A stretch of DNA of 43,691 bases from a virus. Its lineage: Duplodnaviria > Caudoviricetes. The translations under genes were made by a program, and so were the position numbers. Location: positions 1-43,691 of IMG/VR virus record IMGVR_UViG_3300033480_000006; one strand, given 5' to 3'. The first letter of the stretch is position 1. Each line of letters opens with the position of its first letter. This document shows, one piece after another, positions 25,571-34,522 of this stretch. Below the pieces are notes generated by a model. The model was given only the letters and a program-made list of their open reading frames with translations, searched no databases and was not told the origin of the DNA.

Positions 25571-26077
25571 TCAGATGCCGTAGCGGACCTTGAGGGTCAT
25601 GTCCGGCGTCGCGCCGGCGCCGTTGGCCGCGGTCAGCGTGATGGCCACGTCGTAGTCGCGCATCGGGTCGGCGGACAGGCCCAGGGCTTCCCACAGGGGC
25701 TTCTCGGCATCTTCCACACCGAACGTGGTCGACTCGTGGGTGACATCGGTGCCAGTCAGGATGGAGGTCATGACCACCGCGCTGCCGAACAGCGCCGCGC
25801 TCACCACCGCGCCGCCATTGGCCGCGGTCTGGTAGATGCCGATGTCGCCGGCGCCGGTGGTGTCGAAGGCATCGCACGCCAGGATGACCTGGCTGACGCG
25901 GGCGTTCGACGGCACCCGGGCGAGCCGGTAGATGGACCCGATGCTGGCCGAGGCGGTGGCTTGCGCCGTACCAACGGATTCGCACAGGGTCATGCGGGTC
26001 AGACGCGCATTGCTCAGAACCGGCGGCGTTGCGTCCGCGTTCGTGATCGCGGTGGATTTCAGGGTATCGACTGCCAT
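25571..26077 (-). CDS. Capsid cement/decoration protein (Bbp16-like position)
   Basis: Directly after the MCP with AGGAG SD; beta-rich (RVPSNARV, DIGIY). Confidence 0.7.
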   Translation of the reverse strand: MAVDTLKSTAITNADATPPVLSNARLTRMTLCESVGTAQATASASIGSIYRLARVPSNARVSQVILACDAFDTTGAGDIGIYQTAANGGAVVSAALFGSAVVMTSILTGTDVTHESTTFGVEDAEKPLWEALGLSADPMRDYDVAITLTAANGAGATPDMTLKVRYGI

Positions 26078-26089
26078 GTTGTGTGCTCC

Positions 26090-26983
26090 TTAAGCGCGGT
26101 AGGAATCGATGGAGTACACCTTGTTTTCCTCCAGGCGCGTGGCGCCGGCGGTCAGTCGGGTGTACAGCTGCCACGGCTTGCCCTGCAGATCGGCGCGCTG
26201 ATCGACATCGTTCTGGATGTCGCCCCAGATGCCCAGGTGCATGCCCGACTTGACCCACACCGGCAGCGTCACCTTGTTGGTGCCGGCCAGGGCGGTCTCG
26301 ATCAGTTCGCAGTGGATGAATTTGAAGCCCATGTACTCCATGATCTTGCCGTCGCGCAGCACGGCTTGACCGCCGTTGAAGTCACGGGACACGACCTGGA
26401 TGTCGCCCAGCAACGCGTCATGGTCGGACGCGGTGATGCCGATGAAGGCTTCTTCCATGTCAAAGTCGACGTGGTTGGCCATCATCAGACGCTTGGCCTC
26501 GCGCAACTTGGACACGTTCAGCTTGGAGTTGGCGCCACCGGTGGCGACGGCAACGCCATTGGCCGCCGTGAAGATGGTGCTGGTGGCACCGGTCTCGCCG
26601 GTCTTGGCGGTACCGGTGAAGGCCGAGCAGATCAGGGAGTCGAACTTGCGGCCGGCGGCCATGACGGCGTTCTGCACGTAGCTCGATTTCGGGTCGGTGA
26701 TGAGGCGCAGCTTGTCGAACGAGTCGATCATCTGGGGCAGATCAAAGTCGCTCGGGTACACCCAGCGGCGATCGGTCGGTGCGTCGACGCGACCCATCGG
26801 GGCGAAGCGCGACGTGACTTGCTGCATTTCGACCTTGCCGATCTGGTCGACGGGGGAGGCGGCCTTGCCGACGTAGGAGCCGACGGTGACGGCATCGCGC
26901 AGCTTGGAACCGCGTTGCTGCAGCAGGAGCTCGATATTCGTGCTGTACTGCTGCACATAGTGCGTGGTCAGATTGATGGACAT
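26090..26983 (-). CDS. Major capsid protein
   Basis: YVQQYSTNIELLLQQRGSKLR, DPKSSY..AAGRKFD, MGFKF, GATRLEE..V; GGAGG SD. Confidence 0.9.
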   Translation of the reverse strand: MSINLTTHYVQQYSTNIELLLQQRGSKLRDAVTVGSYVGKAASPVDQIGKVEMQQVTSRFAPMGRVDAPTDRRWVYPSDFDLPQMIDSFDKLRLITDPKSSYVQNAVMAAGRKFDSLICSAFTGTAKTGETGATSTIFTAANGVAVATGGANSKLNVSKLREAKRLMMANHVDFDMEEAFIGITASDHDALLGDIQVVSRDFNGGQAVLRDGKIMEYMGFKFIHCELIETALAGTNKVTLPVWVKSGMHLGIWGDIQNDVDQRADLQGKPWQLYTRLTAGATRLEENKVYSIDSYRA

Positions 26984-27095
26984 TTGTCCCTCCGAAAGAG
27001 TTGAAACCGGACTGTTTGCTGCGGTAAGGCCGCGGCATCCCTTTCGGCTTGTCCTCTTTCAGAGGGGCCAGATAGCACCAAATCTGGCGTGGGGC

Positions 27096-27302
27096 TTAAC
27101 TCAGAAGATCACTGGCTCGCGCCGGCGGCTTTCCTCGTTGGGGCTTGTCCACAAGTTGCTGAGGCTTCTCGGCCCCGGCAGGTGCGTTGACGAAAGTATA
27201 TAGGTGTTGCGCGATTTCCACAACATTTTCTTTCGTGCGGTCCGGGAGACCCAACTGGTAGGCCAATTCCAGGCACCGCATGCGGGCTTCGGTCTCGGTC
27301 AT
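27096..27302 (-). CDS. Hypothetical protein (68 aa; RMRCLELA...AQHLYTFV)
   Basis: ATGA overlap with the scaffold stop. Confidence 0.7.
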   Translation of the reverse strand: MTETEARMRCLELAYQLGLPDRTKENVVEIAQHLYTFVNAPAGAEKPQQLVDKPQRGKPPARASDLLS

Positions 27303-28228
27303 GCCTGCATCCCCGCCTTGAACTTGTGCAGGCGCTCCATCTCAGCGCGCTCCACCGCGCCACCGTTCAGGTACCGGGTGGACCATTCCTTGTCCGCCAT
27401 CTTTGCCTTGATAGCGACCGTGGCCTGCTCCGGCGACATGGCACCGCTGAAACCCGGGGCGCCGTTGCCCGGAACAAAGCCCGCCTCGCCGGTCTTGCTG
27501 CCGATCGTCTGTAGCAGTTTCATGGTGGCCTTGTGCCCGATGGCGTCACTGATGCCGTCGATCAACTTGGCATCCAGTCCCAGCGCGCGCATTGCCGCCT
27601 GGGCCTGGGTCAGGTTCTGGTTGTAGGCCGCGCCCCATTCGGTCTTGAGTTCGCTGTCCTGGGCCTGGAACTGCGTGGTGCGCTGCTGCTCGATCTGCTG
27701 CTGGGCCGTCACCGCGCGCTCGGCTTCGAACTGGGCCAGCTTCTCGCCCTGGCTCTTGCTCAGTCCCAGTTCGTGGTACTTGGCCAGCGTAGCTTCTACC
27801 ACTTCCTTGGGCAGGAACTCGGGCGCCTTGAACTCGTAGCCCTTGGCGTCGGCCGGCCGACCCAGGCGGTCGTACACCGCGCCCCACTCCTTGGGGTCCG
27901 CGTCAGCCTTGGGCAGCACAATGGCATTGCCGGCCTTGTCCGCACCCAGCAGCTTTTCGAGGTTGCGGTAGGACTGGACAGCCTTGACCGGATCGTCCCA
28001 GCCTTTGTTCTGCACGTACCCCAGCGTGTCGGGGTCGGCGCCATCCAGCCACTTGGGCGCGGCAGGCGGCGCGGCCGGTGGGGTAGTGACCTGCTGGCTG
28101 GTCGGGGCGGCGGGCGCCGGCGGCGTGGCGGCCAAGGCGGCTGCTGTGCTCGGGGCGGCGGGAGGCGCGGAGGGCGCGGCCGCTGGGGCTGCGCCTTGTC
28201 CGCCGGGTGCGGGGGCTGCGTCAGACAT
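27299..28228 (-). CDS. Capsid scaffolding protein
   Basis: Pro/Ala-rich N-terminus, SYRNLEKLLG, LGRP..A.GY, LKTEWG; lies between portal and MCP. Confidence 0.85.
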   Translation of the reverse strand: MSDAAPAPGGQGAAPAAAPSAPPAAPSTAAALAATPPAPAAPTSQQVTTPPAAPPAAPKWLDGADPDTLGYVQNKGWDDPVKAVQSYRNLEKLLGADKAGNAIVLPKADADPKEWGAVYDRLGRPADAKGYEFKAPEFLPKEVVEATLAKYHELGLSKSQGEKLAQFEAERAVTAQQQIEQQRTTQFQAQDSELKTEWGAAYNQNLTQAQAAMRALGLDAKLIDGISDAIGHKATMKLLQTIGSKTGEAGFVPGNGAPGFSGAMSPEQATVAIKAKMADKEWSTRYLNGGAVERAEMERLHKFKAGMQA

Positions 28229-28255
28229 GGGGGATCACTCCTGGGTTGGTGGGAA

Positions 28256-28630
28256 TCAAACGGGCGCCACGTTGCGCAGGTTGCTGCGCAGCTCGTAGCC
28301 CAGCAGCGGCCAGATTTTTTGCACGGCGTTCTGGCGCGCGATCTTGCGGCCGATCTCGGCGTCGAAGTTCTCTGGGCTGGCGCAGGCGCTCTCGCCGGTC
28401 ACGGTGAAGCCGTTGCGCAGCAACAGCACGCAGAAGGTAAGCAGTGATAGCGCTTGCGGAAGCGGCGCGTTTTCCTGATCTTCTCCATGCCAGAGTTCAA
28501 CAGCGCCAGGCGCCTCTACAGCGTTATCTGGGGTGAAGTAGAACTCATGCGTGATGTTCGCCTCGATATCGGCAGGCGTGATGCGCGGCGCGGTCAGGCC
28601 CTTGGCCTGGATTTCTTGCTCGATGTCCAT
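28256..28630 (-). CDS. Gp49 family protein (N4 gp49 / Sf6 gp66-like)
   Basis: APRITPADIE, LTFCVLLLRNGFTVTGESACASPENFDAEIGRKIARQNA..KIWPLLGYEL; AGGAG SD. Confidence 0.88.
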   Translation of the reverse strand: MDIEQEIQAKGLTAPRITPADIEANITHEFYFTPDNAVEAPGAVELWHGEDQENAPLPQALSLLTFCVLLLRNGFTVTGESACASPENFDAEIGRKIARQNAVQKIWPLLGYELRSNLRNVAPV

Positions 28631-28632
28631 AG

Positions 28633-28905
28633 TTACTCCTGGTTGGATTGGGATTGCGGCGCGCCGTACAGCTGCCACAATTGGCCTTCGGTCAGCTGCA
28701 GGTGCCGCTGAATCCGAAGCCATACCTCGCGCCTGCCTTCGGCCACGGCGTGCGCCCTGGCGTCGACATGGAACGTGGTTTCGTGCGCCCGGCAGAACCG
28801 GGCGAGATCCTTGAGCACTTCCTCGCCCATCGGGTTGAGGAAGGTTGCGACGTAGACGGTGCGCCGGCGCGCCAGAAACTGGCGGGCTTTTTCGAGGAGG
28901 TTCAT
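28633..28905 (-). CDS. Bbp19-like protein
   Basis: F..P.GEEVLKDL.RFC, EGRREVWLRI motif; directly after the portal. Confidence 0.75.
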   Translation of the reverse strand: MNLLEKARQFLARRRTVYVATFLNPMGEEVLKDLARFCRAHETTFHVDARAHAVAEGRREVWLRIQRHLQLTEGQLWQLYGAPQSQSNQE

Positions 28906-30626
28906 GCGGCTGCGGGTTGGCCGGGCAATTCGGTCGTGCCCTTCGGATTGGCGGCTTTGGTGACGGCGGCCAGGCCCGGCAACGCCTGCACCAGTTGGTC
29001 ACTGGCCACCTGTTGCTTGCGACCCTGCCGAATCGCCGCCACCTGATCAGGCGAACGGATGAAGCGGAACGGCGCGCCATTGATGTTGGCCACCTCCGGC
29101 ATGATGACGTCGGTGTCGAACCAATCCATGATGGACGGATCCTGCGTCTGCGCGGACAATTCCGCCGCCACTTGCATGCTGCGGATCGTACCCGCCGCCT
29201 CGTCCGAGCGCATCGCCCGGTTCAGCGGAGCGTCGTACTCCACCAGGTACTGCGCGCCGGCCTCGATGACCGCCATGGGCGGCGGCGGCAGCAGGCCTTG
29301 CCACATCAGCAGGTCGAACTCGCGCTCGATCTGCGGGCCCAGACTCTCGTGCTGGAACCGCCCCATGGTCGGCGACAGCAGCGCGCCCTTCTCGCGGGCC
29401 CGCTCCAGCACCTCGGTGGCCGTCATCTGCGGCGTCTCGACCAGGATCTGAAACAACGTTACCAGGAAGGCGTCGTTGATCGCCATCCTCTCGTCATCCA
29501 TCAGCTCCTTGCCAATCGCAATGTTTCCGGTCGGCAATGCATGCACCAGTGGCCGGCCATCGGCGTTCACGCCACCGGCGTTGAGCGCGCCGGGGCGCAT
29601 GCTGAACCCATCCAGAATCCCATCGTCGTGCGTCAGCAGCACCGGGTCCACCACGCGGTGACCCTGCTTGAGGATGGTCTTCTTCTCCTCGTTGAGCACC
29701 TTGATGCCCGGCAGCACGTTCATCGCCGGGCCGCGGCCGTACAGTTCGCCCGGCGCCGTCAGGTAGCGCGCCACGGCATACGGGAAACAGCGGAACCCGC
29801 CACGCTCCACCAGCGTCTTGGTGTCGCGGATGATGTAAAAGCTGGCGTATTTCATCCCCTTCGCGTCGATGCGGTGGGGGTCGTACTCCGAATTCGGTTT
29901 GACGATGTGAAGCATCGTCACCTCAGTGTCCGGCTTGGCCTTGGCTAGGGCCACCAGTTCAGCCGGCAGCGGATCGTCGCCCCACTTCTGCAGGATCTGC
30001 CGCCACGTCATGTGGTATCGACGCGACACCTTGTCGATCTGCCCCTGATGATTGGCCTCGAAGAAAGTCTCACCCAGCGGAATCTGGCGGTAGCGCAGGC
30101 CGCGCGCGCCGGGGTCCACCGGGTCCCTGAATGCGTCGATGTACAGGCAGGACGTGCCAAATGCTCCCAGACCTACGTAGCCATCGTGCTGGTTCGCCTG
30201 GAACCCAGACCTCGGGCTGTAGCGGTAATGAAACATGAGGTCGTTGACCTCATCGAACCACATCTGCACCTCGCGGCGCTTCATCAACTGGGGATTGGGG
30301 TGGCGCAGGCGGTGCCACTTGTTGTTGGCTGGCGTCAGCATCGACTCCATGGCTGCGGCGAACTTCCACAGCGCCATGTTCGCCGTGACGTCGAACTGTT
30401 CTTCGGTGCGCTTGGCGCCTTGCACCGGCGTCCCCAGAAAACTGTCACGGAAATATGGCAGAACGCGCCGGGCCACGTCTTCCCAATGCGACTCCCAGTT
30501 GACCCGGCTGCCTTCGCAACGCGAGAATTCCCGCAGCAACTCACTGACCAGTTTGGCCTGGGCGTCCCCTTCCGGAACCGGCTGGTCAAATGGCGCCGTG
30601 AGGTACTTGGGTTCTTTGTCCATCAT
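28902..30626 (-). CDS. Portal (head-to-tail connector, T7 gp8 / Bbp21-like)
   Basis: WESHWEDVA, FGTSCLY, ELYGRGPAM, MTATEVLERAREK..LSP. Confidence 0.93.
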   Translation of the reverse strand: MMDKEPKYLTAPFDQPVPEGDAQAKLVSELLREFSRCEGSRVNWESHWEDVARRVLPYFRDSFLGTPVQGAKRTEEQFDVTANMALWKFAAAMESMLTPANNKWHRLRHPNPQLMKRREVQMWFDEVNDLMFHYRYSPRSGFQANQHDGYVGLGAFGTSCLYIDAFRDPVDPGARGLRYRQIPLGETFFEANHQGQIDKVSRRYHMTWRQILQKWGDDPLPAELVALAKAKPDTEVTMLHIVKPNSEYDPHRIDAKGMKYASFYIIRDTKTLVERGGFRCFPYAVARYLTAPGELYGRGPAMNVLPGIKVLNEEKKTILKQGHRVVDPVLLTHDDGILDGFSMRPGALNAGGVNADGRPLVHALPTGNIAIGKELMDDERMAINDAFLVTLFQILVETPQMTATEVLERAREKGALLSPTMGRFQHESLGPQIEREFDLLMWQGLLPPPPMAVIEAGAQYLVEYDAPLNRAMRSDEAAGTIRSMQVAAELSAQTQDPSIMDWFDTDVIMPEVANINGAPFRFIRSPDQVAAIRQGRKQQVASDQLVQALPGLAAVTKAANPKGTTELPGQPAAA

Positions 30627-30853
30627 TGCCCCAGCAACACTTTGCTGGTCGTGCCCGTATCCGTCAGCCCGCGACTACCGGTCAGCAGGGTACTGGTACG
30701 GCCGCGCGCCAGGCGCCGAGTCTCATCTTGCGCCGCAGCATCCTGCTGGGCCGCGATCTGATCCTGAGTCGGCATGTTCGGCGCCGCCGGCTTCTTCGGA
30801 CTGATGCCCAGCAGGTCTCCCACACCTTGAAAAATACTGCTAATAAAAGACAT
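30623..30853 (-). CDS. Small virion-associated protein preceding the portal
   Basis: PKKPAAP, GRTSTLLTG..G, KVLLGQ C-terminus; ATGA overlap with the portal. Confidence 0.75.
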   Translation of the reverse strand: MSFISSIFQGVGDLLGISPKKPAAPNMPTQDQIAAQQDAAAQDETRRLARGRTSTLLTGSRGLTDTGTTSKVLLGQ

Positions 30854-30880
30854 GGCGGCACCGTTTTCGCGGAGTTGCGA

Positions 30881-32434
30881 CTACCCCAGTATAGCGTAAT
30901 CCAGGTCTTTCGCCACCCGCCCCCGGCCGTGGCTGCGCGACGTGGCCAAATCCTTGCGCGCCACCGGCTGGGAAAAAGTCATCGCCAGGGCGTCGCCCCA
31001 GTTCGGCGAGGCCAGCCCCCGGTTCTTCATCTCGTCCTTGCTCTCCAGCACGATGTTGCCGCGGGTGGCGTGGTACCGGAACTCCGGGCTGATCAGGTCC
31101 GTCTTGAGCTCGTCGTTGCCGGGAATGGCGCCGCCGGGCAGCCACTCCCGCATGCGGCCCCAGTCCTCCGCCCGCTTGTTGGCGTACACGTCGCCATCCA
31201 CCGCGCTGCCGCCGTTCTGCACCTCGATGACCCGGTAGCCCCACGACTTCAGCACGTCGACCACCCCACCGCCGGGCCCGTTGCCGTCCACGAAGATGGC
31301 GTCGACCTTGTAACGCTGCGCCGCGTTGGCCACCTTTTCCGCCAACTGCACATTGTCCAGCCCCCGATACTGCTCCCACGGAATGCTGCGGGCATCACGG
31401 CCGGTACGGAACGCCAGCACACTGGGATCGTTGCCGAACCGGCCCACATCCACCCCCATCACCGACGGCGCACCCAGGTCTGGCATCACCTCGCGTTGTT
31501 GCGCGGAAACAACAGTGTCGAACGAGATGAACTGGTTGGTGCCCGAGTTCGGGAACTGGCCATACACCTCCACCCGGGCTTCGTCGCTGTCGGCGCCGTG
31601 CTGATCGATGATCGCCTGGTAGGCATCCTGGGCCAGGCCCTCCACGGTGCGCGCGTCAATGTTGCGCCGGCGCCACTTGCTGCGGTCCCCGTTGAAGCAC
31701 TCGAAAAACGCGCCGCTGTTGCGCCGCGGGTTGGAGAACGCCAGCCAGTACCGGTCGATGATCTTCTCGGTGAACACTCCCTGCTGCACGGTCCAGATCG
31801 ACTTCGGGATGCCCGAGGCCTCGTCGAACAGCGCCATCTCGCCGTAGGCGTTGTGTGCGCCAGCGAACGCATCCGGGTTTTCCTCCGACCACAGCTGGCC
31901 GAAGATCCCCCAGTAGCTGGGGTCCACCTTCAAATCGCGCTTCACCGCGTCGGACAGCCACTCGGCGGGCTTGATCGACGTGGCCTGGATCTCGAACCAG
32001 TGCGCGTTGATCCCCATGGACACCCACTTCGCGATCTCGGGGAAGGTCTTGGTCTTGAGCTGGGGCTCGCCGTTGGCCGCCACCCACACGCTGCCGCCCA
32101 ATCGGGTCGAGACGAACCAGTGCGACAGCCATCCGAAATCGGCCGATTTGCCGATGCCGCGGCCGGATGCTATCGCCTCCCGGTACATGTCGACCAGGAT
32201 GTTGTTCGCTTCGAGCTGATTCTTGGCGTGGCGGATGTACTCCGCGATATCGGCCATTTGCTGGTCCTGCCAGTTCCGTGGGCCGGTGATGTGCTCCAGC
32301 GGCGTGCCCGGCTTGCCCCAGGGATAGGCGAAGCGAACGAAGGCCCGGGGATCGTTGGCGATCTCGGGCGACCATAGTTCGAGCATCAGCTGCTGCTCGC
32401 CCTGGGCGGTGTAGAGTGGTTGTTGTTTGGGCAT
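30881..32434 (-). CDS. terL: Terminase large subunit
   Basis: Walker A ASGRGIGKS, Walker B LFDEAS, SNPRR, nuclease GVDVGRFGND and SPNWGDALA. Confidence 0.95.
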   Translation of the reverse strand: MPKQQPLYTAQGEQQLMLELWSPEIANDPRAFVRFAYPWGKPGTPLEHITGPRNWQDQQMADIAEYIRHAKNQLEANNILVDMYREAIASGRGIGKSADFGWLSHWFVSTRLGGSVWVAANGEPQLKTKTFPEIAKWVSMGINAHWFEIQATSIKPAEWLSDAVKRDLKVDPSYWGIFGQLWSEENPDAFAGAHNAYGEMALFDEASGIPKSIWTVQQGVFTEKIIDRYWLAFSNPRRNSGAFFECFNGDRSKWRRRNIDARTVEGLAQDAYQAIIDQHGADSDEARVEVYGQFPNSGTNQFISFDTVVSAQQREVMPDLGAPSVMGVDVGRFGNDPSVLAFRTGRDARSIPWEQYRGLDNVQLAEKVANAAQRYKVDAIFVDGNGPGGGVVDVLKSWGYRVIEVQNGGSAVDGDVYANKRAEDWGRMREWLPGGAIPGNDELKTDLISPEFRYHATRGNIVLESKDEMKNRGLASPNWGDALAMTFSQPVARKDLATSRSHGRGRVAKDLDYAILG

Positions 32435-32529
32435 GCCTTGTTACGTTGTTACGTATTCGCTTCAGAAAAAATTTTAAAAAGCCGGCTGCAGGAAGGACCC
32501 CGCTTCACGGTTCGGCCGCGATTTCCCGA

Positions 32530-32552
32530 CCCCCCCCCCCCACCCACCCCCC
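32530..32552. repeat. C12-A-C3-A-C6 tract in the terS-terL intergenic region
   Basis: Read directly; an A/T tract lies nearby at 32466-32480. Confidence 0.85.
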
Positions 32553-32614
32553 TTCGACTTTTTGGGGCCCCCTCCCTGGCGCCGCAGCGCGCGGTTCTCC
32601 ACCGGCCTGCCTTT

Positions 32615-33133
32615 TCAGCTGAAGATGTCGGGCGCGTCGCCTGGCTGGGGCCGGTCCACTGATTGATTATCAGTGGCGCCTTGCACGATTCTGCTAGGCA
32701 AATCAATCACTTGGGGCTCGCTCACGCCTAGCTGGTCGCGCACTGGTCGCAGCAAGCGGGCCCGGGCTTCCTGCAGCGTGGTGCCGATGTCGAGTGTCTG
32801 GGTCACGTTCATGTCAATCCGATCACCGTAGCGCTTGGTATTGCGCTTGCTGGCGATCCACTTTCGCATATCGGCCTGATTGCGGGCTTTCTGGGCATCT
32901 GGCTCAGTGTCCACGATCTCCAATGCGTCATCGACCAGCACATCGGCAAGCAGTTCTTGAGCTCGTACATAGTCGAGGCTGGCTTCCCTATCACCTGAAA
33001 GCCACCTATTGAACGTCCTGAGGTGAATTCCCTCTGCTGCAACCGCCTTTTTTAGCGGTATCCCGTCCAATATGCTATCGATGATCCGATTAAGCACAGC
33101 CTTATGCTCGTTTTCGTATAAGACCTCGTTCAT
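32615..33133 (-). CDS. terS: Terminase small subunit (Sf6 gp1-like)
   Basis: HTH (LKKAVAAEGIHLRTFNRWL), Y.RAQE..AD..DDALEIVD, RKWIASKRN.KRYGD; upstream of terL. Confidence 0.85.
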   Translation of the reverse strand: MNEVLYENEHKAVLNRIIDSILDGIPLKKAVAAEGIHLRTFNRWLSGDREASLDYVRAQELLADVLVDDALEIVDTEPDAQKARNQADMRKWIASKRNTKRYGDRIDMNVTQTLDIGTTLQEARARLLRPVRDQLGVSEPQVIDLPSRIVQGATDNQSVDRPQPGDAPDIFS

Positions 33134-33234
33134 AGATTAAACCTATCACAGTTCCGAAGCGTTGCAAACAATCAATTTTAATCTTGTTGATTTTAGCGTA
33201 ACATAAACGCATCAACCCACCAGGAGAAAGAACC
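33134..33234. promoter_or_regulatory. AT-rich divergent control region between terS and the first early gene
   Basis: Divergent gene arrangement; TAACAT at 33199-33204; AATCAA/TTGATT dyad; no unambiguous -35/-10 pair. Confidence 0.55.
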
Positions 33235-33651
33235 ATGAACCAAACCGAATTTGTCCGCGGCGGCTACGTGAACGAAGCCCTCGCTATTGCCGTTATCCGC
33301 CAGTGCGGGGGCTGGGAAGCCTTCAAAGAGATGGCGCAAGACGTCGCCAGCCACGGCGCAGACGCAGGATACGGCCGCTGGACCTACTACGCCGACACGC
33401 GCCGCTTCTACGCCGTCAACCGCGATTCCATCCTGCTGCAGCTGCGCGCGCTGGCTGAAGACCTGAGCGAAGACCCCATGGCCGTAGTGCGCGGATTTCG
33501 TTGCCTGAAGGACGCCACGGAATCCGAAGTGGGCCTGACTCTGTACGGCAAGAAAAGCCAGCACGATACGCAAGTGGCCAATGCTCTGGCGTGGTTCGCC
33601 TTGGAAGAGACCTGCCGGGCCTACTGCGACGAGTTGGAGCGGATAGCCTAA
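33235..33651 (+). CDS. First early gene, conserved acidic phage protein
   Basis: AGGAG SD; HGADAGY..WTYYADT..F and NALAWFALEE motifs. Confidence 0.8.
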   Translation: MNQTEFVRGGYVNEALAIAVIRQCGGWEAFKEMAQDVASHGADAGYGRWTYYADTRRFYAVNRDSILLQLRALAEDLSEDPMAVVRGFRCLKDATESEVGLTLYGKKSQHDTQVANALAWFALEETCRAYCDELERIA

Positions 33652-33712
33652 CCCCCGACCACGCCAGCCATTGCGCCTAGCCCGCTGGGCGCAATACCGG
33701 GCGATGTTGCCT
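33648..33712 (+). repeat. Intergenic 65-bp hairpin repeat, copy 1
   Basis: 63/65 identical to 33980-34044; starts at a TAA stop and is followed by a TTTGGAGA SD. Confidence 0.95.
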
Positions 33713-33729
33713 GACTTTGGAGACTGCTG

Positions 33730-33918
33730 ATGTTCTTCGTTCAAGACCTGGTTGACTGGGCGCGGAGGCGCTCGGAAAAACACGACCCCACACAGACAGA
33801 GTACGGGCGTGGGTTCGCCGACGGGTACGAAAGGGCGAGAGCCCGGAACGCTCGGGCGCTGGACCTGGAAAAAGCTTGGTGGCTCGGATTCCGGGCCGGA
33901 CAGAACAAAAGAGAATGA
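33730..33918 (+). CDS. Hypothetical protein (62 aa)
   Basis: GGAGA SD supplied by the end of repeat copy 1. Confidence 0.7.
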   Translation: MFFVQDLVDWARRRSEKHDPTQTEYGRGFADGYERARARNARALDLEKAWWLGFRAGQNKRE

Positions 33919-33983
33919 CCCACCAACAACCCTGGCCCTTTCCAGTCCACAACGGAAAGCCCGTGCCAAAACCCAAAAGCTAA
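33915..33983 (+). CDS. 22-aa peptide MTHQQPWPFPVHNGKPVPKPKS
   Basis: ATGA-coupled start; TAA stop coincides with the start of repeat copy 2. Confidence 0.5.
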   Translation: MTHQQPWPFPVHNGKPVPKPKS

Positions 33984-34044
33984 CCCCCGACCACGCCAGC
34001 CATTGCGTCTAGCCCCCTGGGCGCAATACCGGGCGATGTTGCCT
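33980..34044 (+). repeat. Intergenic 65-bp hairpin repeat, copy 2
   Basis: 63/65 identical to 33648-33712. Confidence 0.95.
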
Positions 34045-34060
34045 TGATTTGGAGAAAGAC

Positions 34061-34216
34061 ATGTGGACCGTCAATTACAAGGGCTACTACATCCACGGCT
34101 ATTGTGACCGCGACCAATGCCGCGTTATGGATCCTGTTGGCGGCGTTGACGTGGGCACATTCAAATCTTTGCACGCGGCCAAGTGCGCGATAACTCGTAG
34201 GAGCAACGCGACATGA
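34061..34216 (+). CDS. Hypothetical protein (51 aa, MWTVNYKGYYIHGY...FKSLHAAKCAIT)
   Basis: GGAGA SD from repeat copy 2; ATGA overlap with the next ORF. Confidence 0.7.
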   Translation: MWTVNYKGYYIHGYCDRDQCRVMDPVGGVDVGTFKSLHAAKCAITRRSNAT

Positions 34217-34464
34217 CCCACCGAGACCCGCCCCCAGAGATCCGGCCCGCCCGATACGCCAAGGGCCAGATGGCCGCGCGCTGCCCCTCATCCGACGGGT
34301 ACAAAACCCGGGCCGGGCGCTTGGCGGAACATTTGCGGGGCCGATACTCCAATCGGGAGGGCGCCTACATCCTGAGCCCCAGCAAAGCCCGCCGGCTGCT
34401 GGAGCTGTTCGAAGCCGGACGCGATGCCAGCGCCATCACGGGAGAGCTCTACCCGCCAGCGTGA
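34213..34464 (+). CDS. Hypothetical protein (83 aa)
   Basis: AGGAG SD; ATGA coupling. Confidence 0.7.
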   Translation: MTHRDPPPEIRPARYAKGQMAARCPSSDGYKTRAGRLAEHLRGRYSNREGAYILSPSKARRLLELFEAGRDASAITGELYPPA

Positions 34465-34522
34465 GCGTGGGCCGCCCCCTAACCTTTCCGCCCACCCTTT
34501 CTCTATTTCCCCGAGCCCCATT

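Noticed and set aside
33648-34055. CRISPR array or intrinsic terminators
   Set aside because: Only two 65-bp copies separated by about 270 bp of coding sequence, and no U tract after the hairpins. The Cas4-like gene belongs to the replication module.
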